Source: Acidimicrobiia bacterium (GTDB lineage Bacteria; Actinomycetota; Acidimicrobiia; Spongiisociales; ZC4RG35). Taken from it: a stretch of DNA of 64,000 nt. The notes under the pieces were generated by a model. It was given only the letters and a program-made list of their open reading frames with translations, was not told the DNA's origin and ran no database searches. Positions 31,782 to 41,469 of the stretch are shown here, piece after piece (the first letter of the stretch is position 1; each line of letters begins with the position of its first letter). The position numbers were made by a program, and so were the translations under genes. The DNA lies in contig OZ244034.1 of NCBI GenBank assembly GCA_965215185.1, positions 2,560,001 to 2,624,000 on the forward strand, written 5' to 3'.

Positions 31782-32976
31782 CTCACTGCTCACCAGGAAC
31801 CGGGCTTTCCTGGAGGCGGCGGTCCAACTTCACCAGGACAACCTGATCCCGGCCAACAGTTACGTGCTGGACCTCGACGCGGTGGCCTCGAATGCGCGCC
31901 TTATGACCGCCGAGGCGCACCGTCGCCAGTTGAAGGTGTACGCGATGAGCAAACAGGTGGGCCGGGCAGCAGCAGCCCTTCGGGTCATCACCGACGCCGG
32001 AGCGGACGGGTACGTGGCGGTCGACATGGCCTGCGCGCGACCCATCGTGGCCAACGGCCACAAGGTGGGCAACCTGGGTCATCTGGTCCAGGTGCCTCGC
32101 GCCGAAGCGGAAGAAGCGGCGAGTCTGGCGCCGGAGTACTGGACGATCTTTTCCCGCAACAAGGCGGTCGAAGCGTCGCGGGCGGTTTCCGCGGGGGGAG
32201 GCACACAACAGGTGCTTCTTCGCATTTGGGATCACGGAGATGTCTTCTATCCGGGACACGAGGGAGGGTTTCATCTGCAAGAGATCTCCAAGGCGATCGA
32301 CTTCGTCAACGGTCTCGACGGACTGCGGTTCGCCGGGCTTACCACCTTCCCCGCCCTCCTGTACGACTCGGCGGCCGGGCAGGTTAACCCGACTCCCAAT
32401 GTGGAAACCCTGGCCCGGGGGGTGGAGGCCGCCCTTGACCACTTGGGGTCGGACTTTCCCATCGAGGTCAATGCTCCTGGGACAACCTCGACGGTGGTGC
32501 TCGATTTGCTGGCCGACATCGGCGCTACCCAGGTGGAGCCGGGGCACGGTTTGACCGGGACCACCCCGTTGCATGCGGTGGCGGATCTTCCCGAACAGCC
32601 GGCGGTGCTGTATCTGACCGAGGTCGCCCATATACACCAAGGTGTGCCTTTGTGCTTTGGTGGGGGGTTTTATGTGGATCCGGTCTTCGACCCCTACCAG
32701 GCCAAAGTGGTGGCGGCGACCGGGCCCGAGGACGTGGCTCAGCCGTCGGTGCCGATCGATATGCCCGATCCGGCGGGGATCGACTACTACGCGCGGCTTC
32801 ACCCGCCGGAGGGCCGAAGCCTCCGGGAGGGCGACACAGTGATCGCTGGCTTTCGTATTCAGGCTTTCGTCACACGCGCCTGGGTGGCGGGGATTGCCGG
32901 CGTCAGTCTGGGCAATCCGAGGGTGGTCGGGATCTGGAATGTGGAAGGCACTCCGGTCTCCTGGGGTAACAGATGA
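31771..32976 (+). CDS. YhfX-like PLP-dependent enzyme (alanine racemase fold)
   Basis: YAMSKQVGR, GNLGHLVQVP, FYPGHEGGF, EPGHGLTGTTP, FRIQAFVTR. Confidence 0.85.
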   Translation: MFLDSLLTRNRAFLEAAVQLHQDNLIPANSYVLDLDAVASNARLMTAEAHRRQLKVYAMSKQVGRAAAALRVITDAGADGYVAVDMACARPIVANGHKVGNLGHLVQVPRAEAEEAASLAPEYWTIFSRNKAVEASRAVSAGGGTQQVLLRIWDHGDVFYPGHEGGFHLQEISKAIDFVNGLDGLRFAGLTTFPALLYDSAAGQVNPTPNVETLARGVEAALDHLGSDFPIEVNAPGTTSTVVLDLLADIGATQVEPGHGLTGTTPLHAVADLPEQPAVLYLTEVAHIHQGVPLCFGGGFYVDPVFDPYQAKVVAATGPEDVAQPSVPIDMPDPAGIDYYARLHPPEGRSLREGDTVIAGFRIQAFVTRAWVAGIAGVSLGNPRVVGIWNVEGTPVSWGNR

Positions 32977-33740
32977 CGACACCGGCGCTTTCGGTGCGGA
33001 ATATGTCCAAGGCCTTCCGGGCGGTGCAGGCCTTGGACCAAGTGTCCCTGGATGTGTACCGGGGTCGGGTGACGGCGCTTTTGGGGGACAACGGCGCCGG
33101 GAAGTCCACGCTGATCAAATGCATAGCCGGGATATATCAGCCCGACTCGGGGACCATCAGCGTCGACGGCGCCACCCATCGCATCTCCTCTCCTGATGTG
33201 GCCCGGACCCTCGGTGTCGAGACTGTTCACCAGAACCTTTCTCTTATCGACTCTCTCAATGTGGTCGAAAACCTGTTTCTAAACCGGGAGTACACCCGGG
33301 GCGGCCGATTGGGAGCCCGGATCGGTTTTCTGAACAAGCGGCGAATGTACCGGGAGTGCCAGGGCACCCTGGCGAGGCTCGGTATCTTCATCCCTTCACT
33401 GCGAGGACCGGTGGGTCTGTTGTCTGGTGGTCAGCGCCAAGCCATCGCCATCGGTCGGGCAGTGGCCTGGGGACAACGGATCGTCCTGCTGGACGAGCCG
33501 GCCGCGGCGCTCGGAGTGGAGCAGGCGCAGAGGGTTGTCGATCTGATCATCGCCCTTCGGGATGCCGGCGTGGCGGTTTTGTTAATCACTCACAACATGG
33601 ATCGGGTGACCGCGGTGTGCGACAACGCAGTCATTTTGCGCCAGGGGCGCAAGGCTGCCGAGGTGGAGGTGAGCCAGGTTACCAAAGATGATCTGGTGGC
33701 GTTTATAACCGGCGCCAAGACCGGTGGGCTCCCTGCTTGA
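32973..33740 (+). CDS. Sugar ABC ATP-binding protein (single domain)
   Basis: GDNGAGKS, LSGGQRQ, LLDEP. Confidence 0.93.
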   Translation: MTTPALSVRNMSKAFRAVQALDQVSLDVYRGRVTALLGDNGAGKSTLIKCIAGIYQPDSGTISVDGATHRISSPDVARTLGVETVHQNLSLIDSLNVVENLFLNREYTRGGRLGARIGFLNKRRMYRECQGTLARLGIFIPSLRGPVGLLSGGQRQAIAIGRAVAWGQRIVLLDEPAAALGVEQAQRVVDLIIALRDAGVAVLLITHNMDRVTAVCDNAVILRQGRKAAEVEVSQVTKDDLVAFITGAKTGGLPA

Positions 33741-33795
33741 GGCCATTCTTACGACCTAAATATGTGTTTTGTCTGCCATCTGGGCGGTGACACCT

Positions 33796-34533
33796 ATGGA
33801 GGTGATTGTGGAAAGGGATTCTGGTGACTTGGCCCGCCATGTCGCCGAGGTGATTCAGGATTACTTTGTTTCCGTGCCTTGGCCGGTGCTGGGCCTGGCT
33901 ACTGGAGGGTCAATGCAGTCCCTCTACCGGGAACTGATCCGTCGTTGCCGCCAGGGGCGGTTGAGCTTTGTCAGAGTGCGGGCTTTCTTGCTGGATGAGT
34001 ACGTCGGACTCGGTGCGGAGCACCCGCAGTCGTACGGCAAAGTCATCGAAACTCGTTTCGGAAGGCATGTGGATATTGACCCCAGTCGTCTCCATGGGCC
34101 CGCCGGGGACGATTCGGACCTCGATCTGGAGTGCGCCCGATACGACCAGCTGGTGACCCGGGCGCAAGTGGGTTTGCAGGTCCTCGGGGTGGGTCGCAAC
34201 GGCCACTTGGCGTTCAACGAGCCGGGTTCTTCACTTGAGCCTCGCACCCGGGTGGTGCGTTTGACGGACACCACCAAGGCCGACAATGCCCGGTTTTTCC
34301 CCCGCCCCGAAGATGTACCCCGCCAAGCGATAACTCAAGGAATCGCCACCATAAGACAGGCGGGGCATCTGCTGGTCCTTGCGACCGGGCTTTCCAAAGC
34401 GGAGGCGGTGCGAGCCGCCCTCCATGGCCCGATCACTTCGGCGGTTCCCGCTTCGGCCCTCCAACTGCACCCCCGGGTTACTGTTCTCTTGGACCCCTCG
34501 GCCGCTCGATTGACCCGGTTTCGCCCGGGCTGA
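33796..34533 (+). CDS. nagB: Glucosamine-6-phosphate deaminase
   Basis: LGLATG, LDEYVGL, LGVGRNGHLAFNEPG, PASALQLHP. Confidence 0.88.
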   Translation: MEVIVERDSGDLARHVAEVIQDYFVSVPWPVLGLATGGSMQSLYRELIRRCRQGRLSFVRVRAFLLDEYVGLGAEHPQSYGKVIETRFGRHVDIDPSRLHGPAGDDSDLDLECARYDQLVTRAQVGLQVLGVGRNGHLAFNEPGSSLEPRTRVVRLTDTTKADNARFFPRPEDVPRQAITQGIATIRQAGHLLVLATGLSKAEAVRAALHGPITSAVPASALQLHPRVTVLLDPSAARLTRFRPG

Positions 34534-34556
34534 TCACTTGCCTGGACTTGTCGATG

Positions 34557-35420
34557 TCAGTTGCTTGGTTCGGTGGTTGTGGTGGTCGTCTCGGTACCGG
34601 CGGTTCCGTCGGAGCCGGCGGGGGCTGTGACCGTCAGGCTTCTGCTCACGATGAGAGCAGTTATCTCTGCATCTCCGATAAATTCGGCGATGAGCTCATC
34701 GATTCCCTCCACGAAAACCCCAAACGCCGCAACCAGTCCCACCTGCGCCGCTTGACGCTGCTCACCGGTATCAGCTGACTGCAAGCCATTCAGCATCTCG
34801 GTTGCTGCTCCCGCCACCTGGCCAGCCGCGGAGACCACAGTTAGGTGTTTCTCTGGGAAGCTATCTGTGGGGGGTGGTTGCATTAGTTCGAAGTCCGCTT
34901 GGGCGGTCTGCATCCTTTCCACCGCCGCCTCCATTGCGGCTTCGGTATCCGTATAGGTGACATCGGTCTCGGACCGGTTGTCCCAATCGTTGCTGATCCC
35001 ACTTATCTCCTCTACTAAGTCGCTGACGCCAACTTCAGAGGTGAGCACTCTTTTCAGGTAATTCAGTATCACCTCGGTAGGGAAGGTGGTGGGGGTGGGT
35101 GGCGCGGTGGTGGTGGTTGTCTCGGGTGGCAGCGTGGTGGTCGTTGTGGGTGGCGCGGTGGTGGTGGTGGACAGGGGCGCGGTGGTGATGGTGGGGGGAG
35201 AAGTGGTGGCGGCTCCCTCTGCGGTGGTTGAACTTGCGGGAGGGGTCTCGACGGGATCAAGCAGGCATGACGAGCCGCCCAAAAAGATCAAGGACAGGGT
35301 CAAGAATAAAATCCCGGATTTACGCATGAGCATCATCAGTTGAAATGGGATTGCAGATCTTAAACGCGATCCCCGTACGGCCTTTGTGCGTACTGAAAAA
35401 GCAATTCCATCCTCTCGCAA
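34557..35420 (-). CDS. Secreted/lipoprotein, paralog 1 (Thr/Pro linker plus shared helical domain)
   Basis: Hydrophobic signal ending GSSC; WDNRS...EML.GL.S.DTG domain; start uncertain (ATG 35336 possible). Confidence 0.75.
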   Translation of the reverse strand: MREDGIAFSVRTKAVRGSRLRSAIPFQLMMLMRKSGILFLTLSLIFLGGSSCLLDPVETPPASSTTAEGAATTSPPTITTAPLSTTTTAPPTTTTTLPPETTTTTAPPTPTTFPTEVILNYLKRVLTSEVGVSDLVEEISGISNDWDNRSETDVTYTDTEAAMEAAVERMQTAQADFELMQPPPTDSFPEKHLTVVSAAGQVAGAATEMLNGLQSADTGEQRQAAQVGLVAAFGVFVEGIDELIAEFIGDAEITALIVSRSLTVTAPAGSDGTAGTETTTTTTEPSN

Positions 35421-35508
35421 TATACCTAGTGGCCCATCTTAACCAAGGTAATAACTCAGTCTTGAGCCGGGGGGAGTTCTCCTGGCGGCGGAGTCCAGCC
35501 GCCCCTGC

Positions 35509-36463
35509 TTACGGCAGGAATTCGCAGGCGATCTGGTTGTCGTTGGTATCCAACTTCCCGACATCGCCATAGAAGGGAAAGTAGGTGTCATACCACTTCT
35601 GAGCTTCAGCCTGAGTGGTGAAATCACTGCAGTTCTTGGTATTTCCGGGATCGGGAGGGGCCGTCGCCGTATTGGAGGCGGTTCGCGGCGCCGTAGTTTG
35701 TGGAACTGAAGTTTCCGGTACCGTGACACCGGACCTGCTGGTTTCAAGCGCTGCTATCCCTTCGTCTCCGATGAGGATCGCCACCCGACCGACAGCTTCT
35801 TGGAGGATGTCGAAAGCGGTTAGGAATCCCACAACCGCCGCTCGGCGAGCCTGGCCCGTATCCGTGGACCGAAGACCGTCCAGCATCTCCGAGGCTGTAT
35901 CCGCGATGAGCCCGACCGCGGCTGTGGCCGTTCGATGTTCTTCCGCCATCCCGTCTGCCGGCGCAGGTTCTATGAGTTCAAAGGCCTCGCGCAGCTGTTC
36001 CGACCGCTCGACCGCGCTCTCCAGAGCCGCTTCGGTCTCAGAAGATGAGACGCCGGTCTGTGACCGGTTATCCCAGTTGTCATTAATGGTCTCCACGCCC
36101 GCCACCAGTTCGCCTATGTCGGCCACGGCAACCAACATCTGGTCCAGATAGGTCATTGACTGCTGATGGGGGGACAGGGTCGTGGAGGTTGTGTCGGGAC
36201 TCTCGGATTCAGCTGGTCTGGGTTGGCGCAGCGGCACTGGTGGTGGAGGCGGCAGTTGTGGTAGGGGCGGGGGGTGCGATGGTTGTGGTGGGGACCGGCG
36301 CGGTGATGGTGGGGCTCGGTTCGAGAGACTCTTCAGGTTCGAAGAGTAAACACGAACCGCTGCTCAGAACCACTGTTGCGAGGACGAAAAGGTAGACGAC
36401 AATACTTCCGCGCGGGGTCGGGCGGGAACCGCCTGGTTCCTCAGATGTTCGAGACAATTCCAT
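35509..36463 (-). CDS. Secreted/lipoprotein, paralog 2 with C-terminal Excalibur Ca-binding domain; frameshift near 36215
   Basis: Signal ...SGSC in ORF 36209-36463; shared domain, then NCSDF...LDTNDNQIACE in ORF 35509-36237. Confidence 0.75.
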
Positions 36464-36505
36464 AGAGCGTGGAGAACGATACTGAGCGGATGCCGCATCT
36501 GGAGG

Positions 36506-38617
36506 TCATGATGGTGGCACCCCGACATATTGAGGATTGAGCCGCGGGGAGTTCTCCTGGCGTGGGTCGCTGTAGTAATGAACGTGGTTCGGTGGCCAGA
36601 GGTCACGGTCGTAGAAATCGGAGTCAGGAAAATGTGGAGTGGGATCACCGGGGCAGAGAAACTGCGGCTGGTCGACCACATTCAGAGTTCGATGGAAGCG
36701 GCAGAATGAGCGGTAGGACATCCGCCATGTACCGTCGGCGGTGCGGACCATCAAAGTACTGTTCCAGTCCCACGCAAAGCCCATAGTGAATTGCCCTTGT
36801 AGGAAACTGGAATCGATGGATATACCCAGTTCCTCCAGACCCGTGAAGTAGGTGATGGCGTCCCGTTTCTCCTCTCGGGTCAATTCCCGGTCCGCCTGCG
36901 TATTCTGATACTCAAGGTAGATCATGGAGGCCCCAGCCCAGTTGCCCGCCCAGCGCACGTTTCGCACCTTGCTGGTGACCCCGGCTCTTGCCTTCTCTCC
37001 ATAAAGCCCGGCCAGGTAGGCGTTGTCCTGGTTGTCGAGCCGACCGAAGAGGCCGGTCAGGACATGCCCATCTCGTACGGCTCTTTGACGAAGATCCGAG
37101 GATTCCGTCCACAAGTAGTCAAGAGCCTTCTCTATTGCGTTCAGGGTGCAGGAGTCTGATACCGCCGCGCCCCTGGTCCAGATGTCTTCGACGGCCGGAC
37201 AGTTCCTTCCCAGGATCCCCGCGGTATCCGCCCAACGCGGCGTCGCGAAGGGCGTCGTGGCACGGATGGGAGGGCCGCCCGGGAGGTCAACATTTTGATC
37301 GGCGGTCCAGGAGGCGCCACTTCGGCGGGTAATTATCTGACGTGTTTCTCCCTGCGGGTAGGCGGCGGACACGGTGGCCACATTGGGATATTCATCCCAG
37401 CGGATGTCGTACCGGTAGGGGTAGTAAATGATGGGGCTCTGCTCCAACGCCTGCCGCGCGCTGGTGAGAGCCCCACCGAAGAGGACAAGCTCCACCCGTT
37501 GCTGTTCGGTCAGACCGTCCGCCTCAGAGACCGGCGTGCTCAGGAAATGAAATCTGTAGAACGAGCGTGTTCCGTAATTCTGACTCTCTTCGACCAGACT
37601 CCAATCGTCCGCCCCAACCGAACCCGGGTTCACCAGCGCCAGCGCCTCCTCAGCCAGACCAGGACGCCAAAACTCCGCTGTCACTGCAGCCGCCGTCTCG
37701 GGTTGGGTGGTGGTGGTGGTTTCCTCTTCGGGTTGGGTGGTGGTGGTGGTTTCCTCTTCGGGTTGGGTGGTGGTGGTGGTTTCCTCTTCGGGTTGGGTGG
37801 TGGTGGTGGTTTCCTCTTCGGGTTGGGTGGTGGTGGTGGTTTCCTCTTCGGGTTGGGTGGTGGTGGTGGTTTCCTCTTCGGGTTGGGTGGTGGTGGTTTC
37901 GTCGGGTTGGGTGGTGGTGGTCCCGGCGCTGTTGCCCTCGAGCGCCGCGATTCCTTCATCCCCGATGACCATCGCCACCCGTTCGATCACTTCATTGAAG
38001 ATGTTGAACGCGGCGGAAACCCTCGACAGCGCCGCCTTGCGAGCCTGGCCGGTGTCCGACGACCTTAATCCCTCCAGCATCTCTGTCACCATGTCGGGTA
38101 TCCGGCGGACCGCGGTGAGAGCGGTCTGATGTTCGTTCGGAATCCCGCTCTCCGATGGAGGTTCTATGAGTTCAAACGCTTCAAGCAATACCTGAGCGCG
38201 CTGGACAGCATCCTCTAAGGCCGTTTCGAATTCCGCATACGTGACCCCGTTTCCAAACGGGTTGTCCCATTCGTTGTTGACCGCGCGCACCTCCGCCACC
38301 AGTTGGCCGATGTTGGCCTCGGAGGACAAGAGTTGATGGAGATAGCTCAGGGCCCTCTCGGCCGCAATCGTCGTGTCTGGTATGGAGGTGGCAGTTGAAG
38401 ACGGCTCCGGTACAACAGTGGCGGTCGTGGCCGGCGCGGTGGTTGCGGTTTGGCCGGCGGGGGCAGTTGTCCCCACCGCCTCGGTGGTCGCCGAGTCCGC
38501 CGCAGGCGTCTTTTCGGAATCAGGCGAACATGACGCCCCAACGACCACGGTCATCAGGATTGCTATGAAGACAGATCCTCGTCTGTTAGTAACAGAGGAA
38601 GTAAGCACAGATCGCAT
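36506..38617 (-). CDS. Secreted/lipoprotein, paralog 3 with repeat linker and large unknown C-terminal region
   Basis: Signal ...VGASC, shared helical domain, (TTTTTQPEEE)n, about 390-aa C-terminal region. Confidence 0.8.
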   Translation of the reverse strand: MRSVLTSSVTNRRGSVFIAILMTVVVGASCSPDSEKTPAADSATTEAVGTTAPAGQTATTAPATTATVVPEPSSTATSIPDTTIAAERALSYLHQLLSSEANIGQLVAEVRAVNNEWDNPFGNGVTYAEFETALEDAVQRAQVLLEAFELIEPPSESGIPNEHQTALTAVRRIPDMVTEMLEGLRSSDTGQARKAALSRVSAAFNIFNEVIERVAMVIGDEGIAALEGNSAGTTTTQPDETTTTQPEEETTTTTQPEEETTTTTQPEEETTTTTQPEEETTTTTQPEEETTTTTQPEEETTTTTQPETAAAVTAEFWRPGLAEEALALVNPGSVGADDWSLVEESQNYGTRSFYRFHFLSTPVSEADGLTEQQRVELVLFGGALTSARQALEQSPIIYYPYRYDIRWDEYPNVATVSAAYPQGETRQIITRRSGASWTADQNVDLPGGPPIRATTPFATPRWADTAGILGRNCPAVEDIWTRGAAVSDSCTLNAIEKALDYLWTESSDLRQRAVRDGHVLTGLFGRLDNQDNAYLAGLYGEKARAGVTSKVRNVRWAGNWAGASMIYLEYQNTQADRELTREEKRDAITYFTGLEELGISIDSSFLQGQFTMGFAWDWNSTLMVRTADGTWRMSYRSFCRFHRTLNVVDQPQFLCPGDPTPHFPDSDFYDRDLWPPNHVHYYSDPRQENSPRLNPQYVGVPPS
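37698..37921 (-). repeat. 30-bp coding tandem repeat (6 perfect copies plus 2 shorter)
   Basis: Unit TCGGGTTGGGTGGTGGTGGTGGTTTCCTCT encoding EEETTTTTQP on the minus strand. Confidence 0.95.
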
Positions 38618-38697
38618 TTCCCAACACCCTGGTTCTTTACGGGGAAAACTACCCTTACGGGCCCACAGAAGACGGCATTGCCCCCCGATACGCTGTT

Positions 38698-39411
38698 TTA
38701 GGAGCTTCGGCGGGAGGCCTTGCGTTTCCAGACTTTGGCCAGATAGGGGATGGCCTCGGGTGTCTTGCAAGAAGTCTGGCCGTGGTCGACTTCCACCTTG
38801 CCGATGCGGGCGGCCGCTTGTTCCGCCGCCCGCCGCATCTCCGGGCTCCTGCAACCTATGGCTATCAGAGCCCCGTTCATGGAGTGCCGGACTCGATTGG
38901 CAGCCTCCGCGATATATCTTTCTATATAGGCCAGGCGCTCGCCTAAATAGGTGTCAGTCAGAGGGCTTTCAGTGTCCAGAGCTTGGGCTGCCACCAGTGA
39001 CCAGCCGGTCGTTCCGGTCCATTCGTCCGGGGGGTCGGTGGTCCATTCGGCTGCCAGTTGGTCCCGCAAGGTGGTTCGACTGACGAGAGAAGCCAGTGCA
39101 TCGGCCAGAACGTAGCTGTTCACATCCTCTACCCGCCTGCGGAGGATGTGCGCCGTGACCTGAGCAGGATCGTCCACCTTCGTGGCCAGCACCCGGGCGT
39201 CGTGATTGCCCGATGACCACAATTCCCGGGCCAGACGATGGTCTGGCCCGAGCCTCTTAGCGAGTTTCCTCAAGTTGGCGTAACTCACCCCGAACATCGG
39301 CTCTCTTACCCCGTGGCGGGCGTAAATCTTGCGATTCTGGGCAGTCCCCATTGCTTCCAATTCAGCCATCGCCTTCTTACAAAGCGGGGACCGAAGGGCA
39401 ACATTGGACAT
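38698..39411 (-). CDS. DNA alkylation repair protein (AlkD-like)
   Basis: FGVSYANLRKLAK, LARELWSSGNHDARVLA, IGKVEVDHGQTSCKTP. Confidence 0.88.
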   Translation of the reverse strand: MSNVALRSPLCKKAMAELEAMGTAQNRKIYARHGVREPMFGVSYANLRKLAKRLGPDHRLARELWSSGNHDARVLATKVDDPAQVTAHILRRRVEDVNSYVLADALASLVSRTTLRDQLAAEWTTDPPDEWTGTTGWSLVAAQALDTESPLTDTYLGERLAYIERYIAEAANRVRHSMNGALIAIGCRSPEMRRAAEQAAARIGKVEVDHGQTSCKTPEAIPYLAKVWKRKASRRSS

Positions 39412-39534
39412 GAGGGCCTCCCTCCGACGGCAGGAATACGACTCACCCCATTCTAATGGTGGAGCAGAGTTGTCTCGATGAAACGAGACAACTCTGCTCG
39501 CCTATGCTCCAACACACATGCAAAGGAGCAGTAC

Positions 39535-40710
39535 ATGAGCAACTTGGCAAAGGCCGCAGACGCGGTCCTTGACGGCGTGATATCCGGGAGTCCACGGGTC
39601 CCCGGCGTCGTCGCCCTGGCAACTAACCGTGAGGGCAACATCTATGAGGGGGCGGCAGGTGTCCGTTCGCTCGGTAACGGTGCGGCGATGACCACCGACA
39701 CCATATGCGCGATCTTCTCGACAACCAAGGCCATCGCCGGCACGGCCTGCCTGCAGCTGGTCGAGGACGGACGGCTTGACCTCGACGCTCCGGCTAAGAA
39801 CTACGTGCCGGAGATCGGCGATCTGCAGGTGCTGGACGGGTTTGATGACAACGGAGACCCCATGCTCCGTCCCCCGAAGCGGGATGTGACAACCAGGATG
39901 TTGCTCCTCCACACCGCTGGTTTTGGCTACGATTTCTTCAACGAAAAATACAACAAGTTGGCGGAGGATCACGGTCAGCCCAGTGTCGTCACGGCTTCCA
40001 AGGCGGCCCTGATGACCCCGCTCCTTTTCGATCCGGGAGACGAGTGGGAGTATGGATCTAACATTGACTGGGCCGGTCAGGTGGTTGAGGGCATCACCGG
40101 GAAACGTCTTGGCGAGGTGATGTCGGAGCGGATACTCGAACCACTGGGGATGGATTCGACTTCCTTTGACTTGAGTGAGCAAATGCGGAGTCGCATGGCG
40201 CTTATCCATAGCCGCGCCGATGACGGGTCGTTGGCGCCCCTGGACTTCGAGTTGCCGGCGGACCCCGAAGTGCACATGGCCGGTCACGGTTTGTACTCGA
40301 CCGTCGAGGACTACTGCAAGTTCATCCGGATGTGGCTGAACGATGGCATGGGTCCGGGCGGGCAGCGGATAGTCAGCAGGGAAACGGTGGAGATGGCGGC
40401 CCAGAACGGGCTGGGCGAGATGAAGATCAAGGGTCTACCCGGAGTGATCCCGTTTCTTTCCAACTATGCCGAGTTCTTCCCCGGCATGCCCAAGTCCTGG
40501 GCTCTGACCTTCATGATCAATGACGAGGACGCCCCCACCGGCCGACCGGCGGGAGCACTCGCTTGGGCCGGATTGGCCAACCTCTACTACTGGATCGACC
40601 GCAAGAACGGCGTCGGAGGCTTCTGGGCCACCCAGATCTTCCCGTTCGCCGATCCCACATCCGTGGTTGGCTATCTCGACTTCGAGACGGCGATATACAA
40701 CAACCTCTAG
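39535..40710 (+). CDS. Serine hydrolase, beta-lactamase/esterase family
   Basis: FSTTK (SxxK), [26 protein letters not shown]. Confidence 0.9.
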   Translation: MSNLAKAADAVLDGVISGSPRVPGVVALATNREGNIYEGAAGVRSLGNGAAMTTDTICAIFSTTKAIAGTACLQLVEDGRLDLDAPAKNYVPEIGDLQVLDGFDDNGDPMLRPPKRDVTTRMLLLHTAGFGYDFFNEKYNKLAEDHGQPSVVTASKAALMTPLLFDPGDEWEYGSNIDWAGQVVEGITGKRLGEVMSERILEPLGMDSTSFDLSEQMRSRMALIHSRADDGSLAPLDFELPADPEVHMAGHGLYSTVEDYCKFIRMWLNDGMGPGGQRIVSRETVEMAAQNGLGEMKIKGLPGVIPFLSNYAEFFPGMPKSWALTFMINDEDAPTGRPAGALAWAGLANLYYWIDRKNGVGGFWATQIFPFADPTSVVGYLDFETAIYNNL

Positions 40711-40729
40711 TTCGCGATACCACTTAACC

Positions 40730-40764
40730 AAAAAGGGGGTTCCCACAGTTGGGAACCCCCTTTT
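40730..40764. terminator. Bidirectional rho-independent terminator
   Basis: AAAAAGGGGGTTCCCA-loop-TGGGAACCCCCTTTT. Confidence 0.85.
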
Positions 40765-40795
40765 GTGATAGAGGACCGCATCTGTGGCCGAGTAG

Positions 40796-41460
40796 CTATC
40801 GGTATCCGCCACCTCGTCGCAGACTGTCCAGAGTGACGGCGATTATCAGGATGGCGCCGCGCACCACCGATTGCCAGTAGATCTGCACTTGAGCGAGGAT
40901 CAAGCCGTTCTGTACGACTCCGATGATCAGCAATCCCAGGAGAGTTCCCAGCAGGCCTCCCCTTCCTCCGCTCAAAGCGATCCCGCCCAGAAGTACGGCG
41001 GCGATGATGTCCAACTCCGCTCCGTTCAGGGCACTCGGCAATGCGGTGCCGCTCTGGGACGTGAGCATCAGGCCGGCCAGCCCTGCCAAACAGGCTTGGG
41101 CCACATATGTCCAGCCTCGAAGCCGGTCAACCCTGATGCCGACGTTGCGGCAGGCCTCGCTGTTGCCGCCGACGGCATAGAGGTGACTGCCCGCCACGGT
41201 AAATCGCATGAAGAACATGCCAATCACCACCACCGCCAGGAACAACCAAACGGTGATCGGGGCCCCCAGCCAGGAACCCCTTCCCAGTTCGCTCCAAGCG
41301 TTGACCCCGACCACGATGTTGTCGCCACCGGTGGACACGAAGGCCAAGCCTCGATAGAAGAGCAGGGTTCCCAGGGTGGCGATGATCGGGTTGATCCGGA
41401 ACTTGACTATCAGCAAGGCGTTGAACGACCCCAGCACGCCCGCTGCCAGTAGGCTCAAGG
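40796..41460 (-). pseudogene. Sugar ABC permease lacking its N-terminus, fused in frame to the upstream SBP
   Basis: INPIIATLG, ELDIIAAVLLGGIALSGG; 5' end joins SBP sequence. Confidence 0.8.
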
Positions 41461-41469
41461 GGCCCCTAT

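Noticed and set aside
37698-37921. Possible CRISPR array
   Set aside because: Head-to-tail identical units with no spacers, in frame within a CDS, and no cas genes
39535-40710. Beta-lactam resistance gene
   Set aside because: No signal peptide; WAGLAN-type esterase/serine hydrolase subgroup
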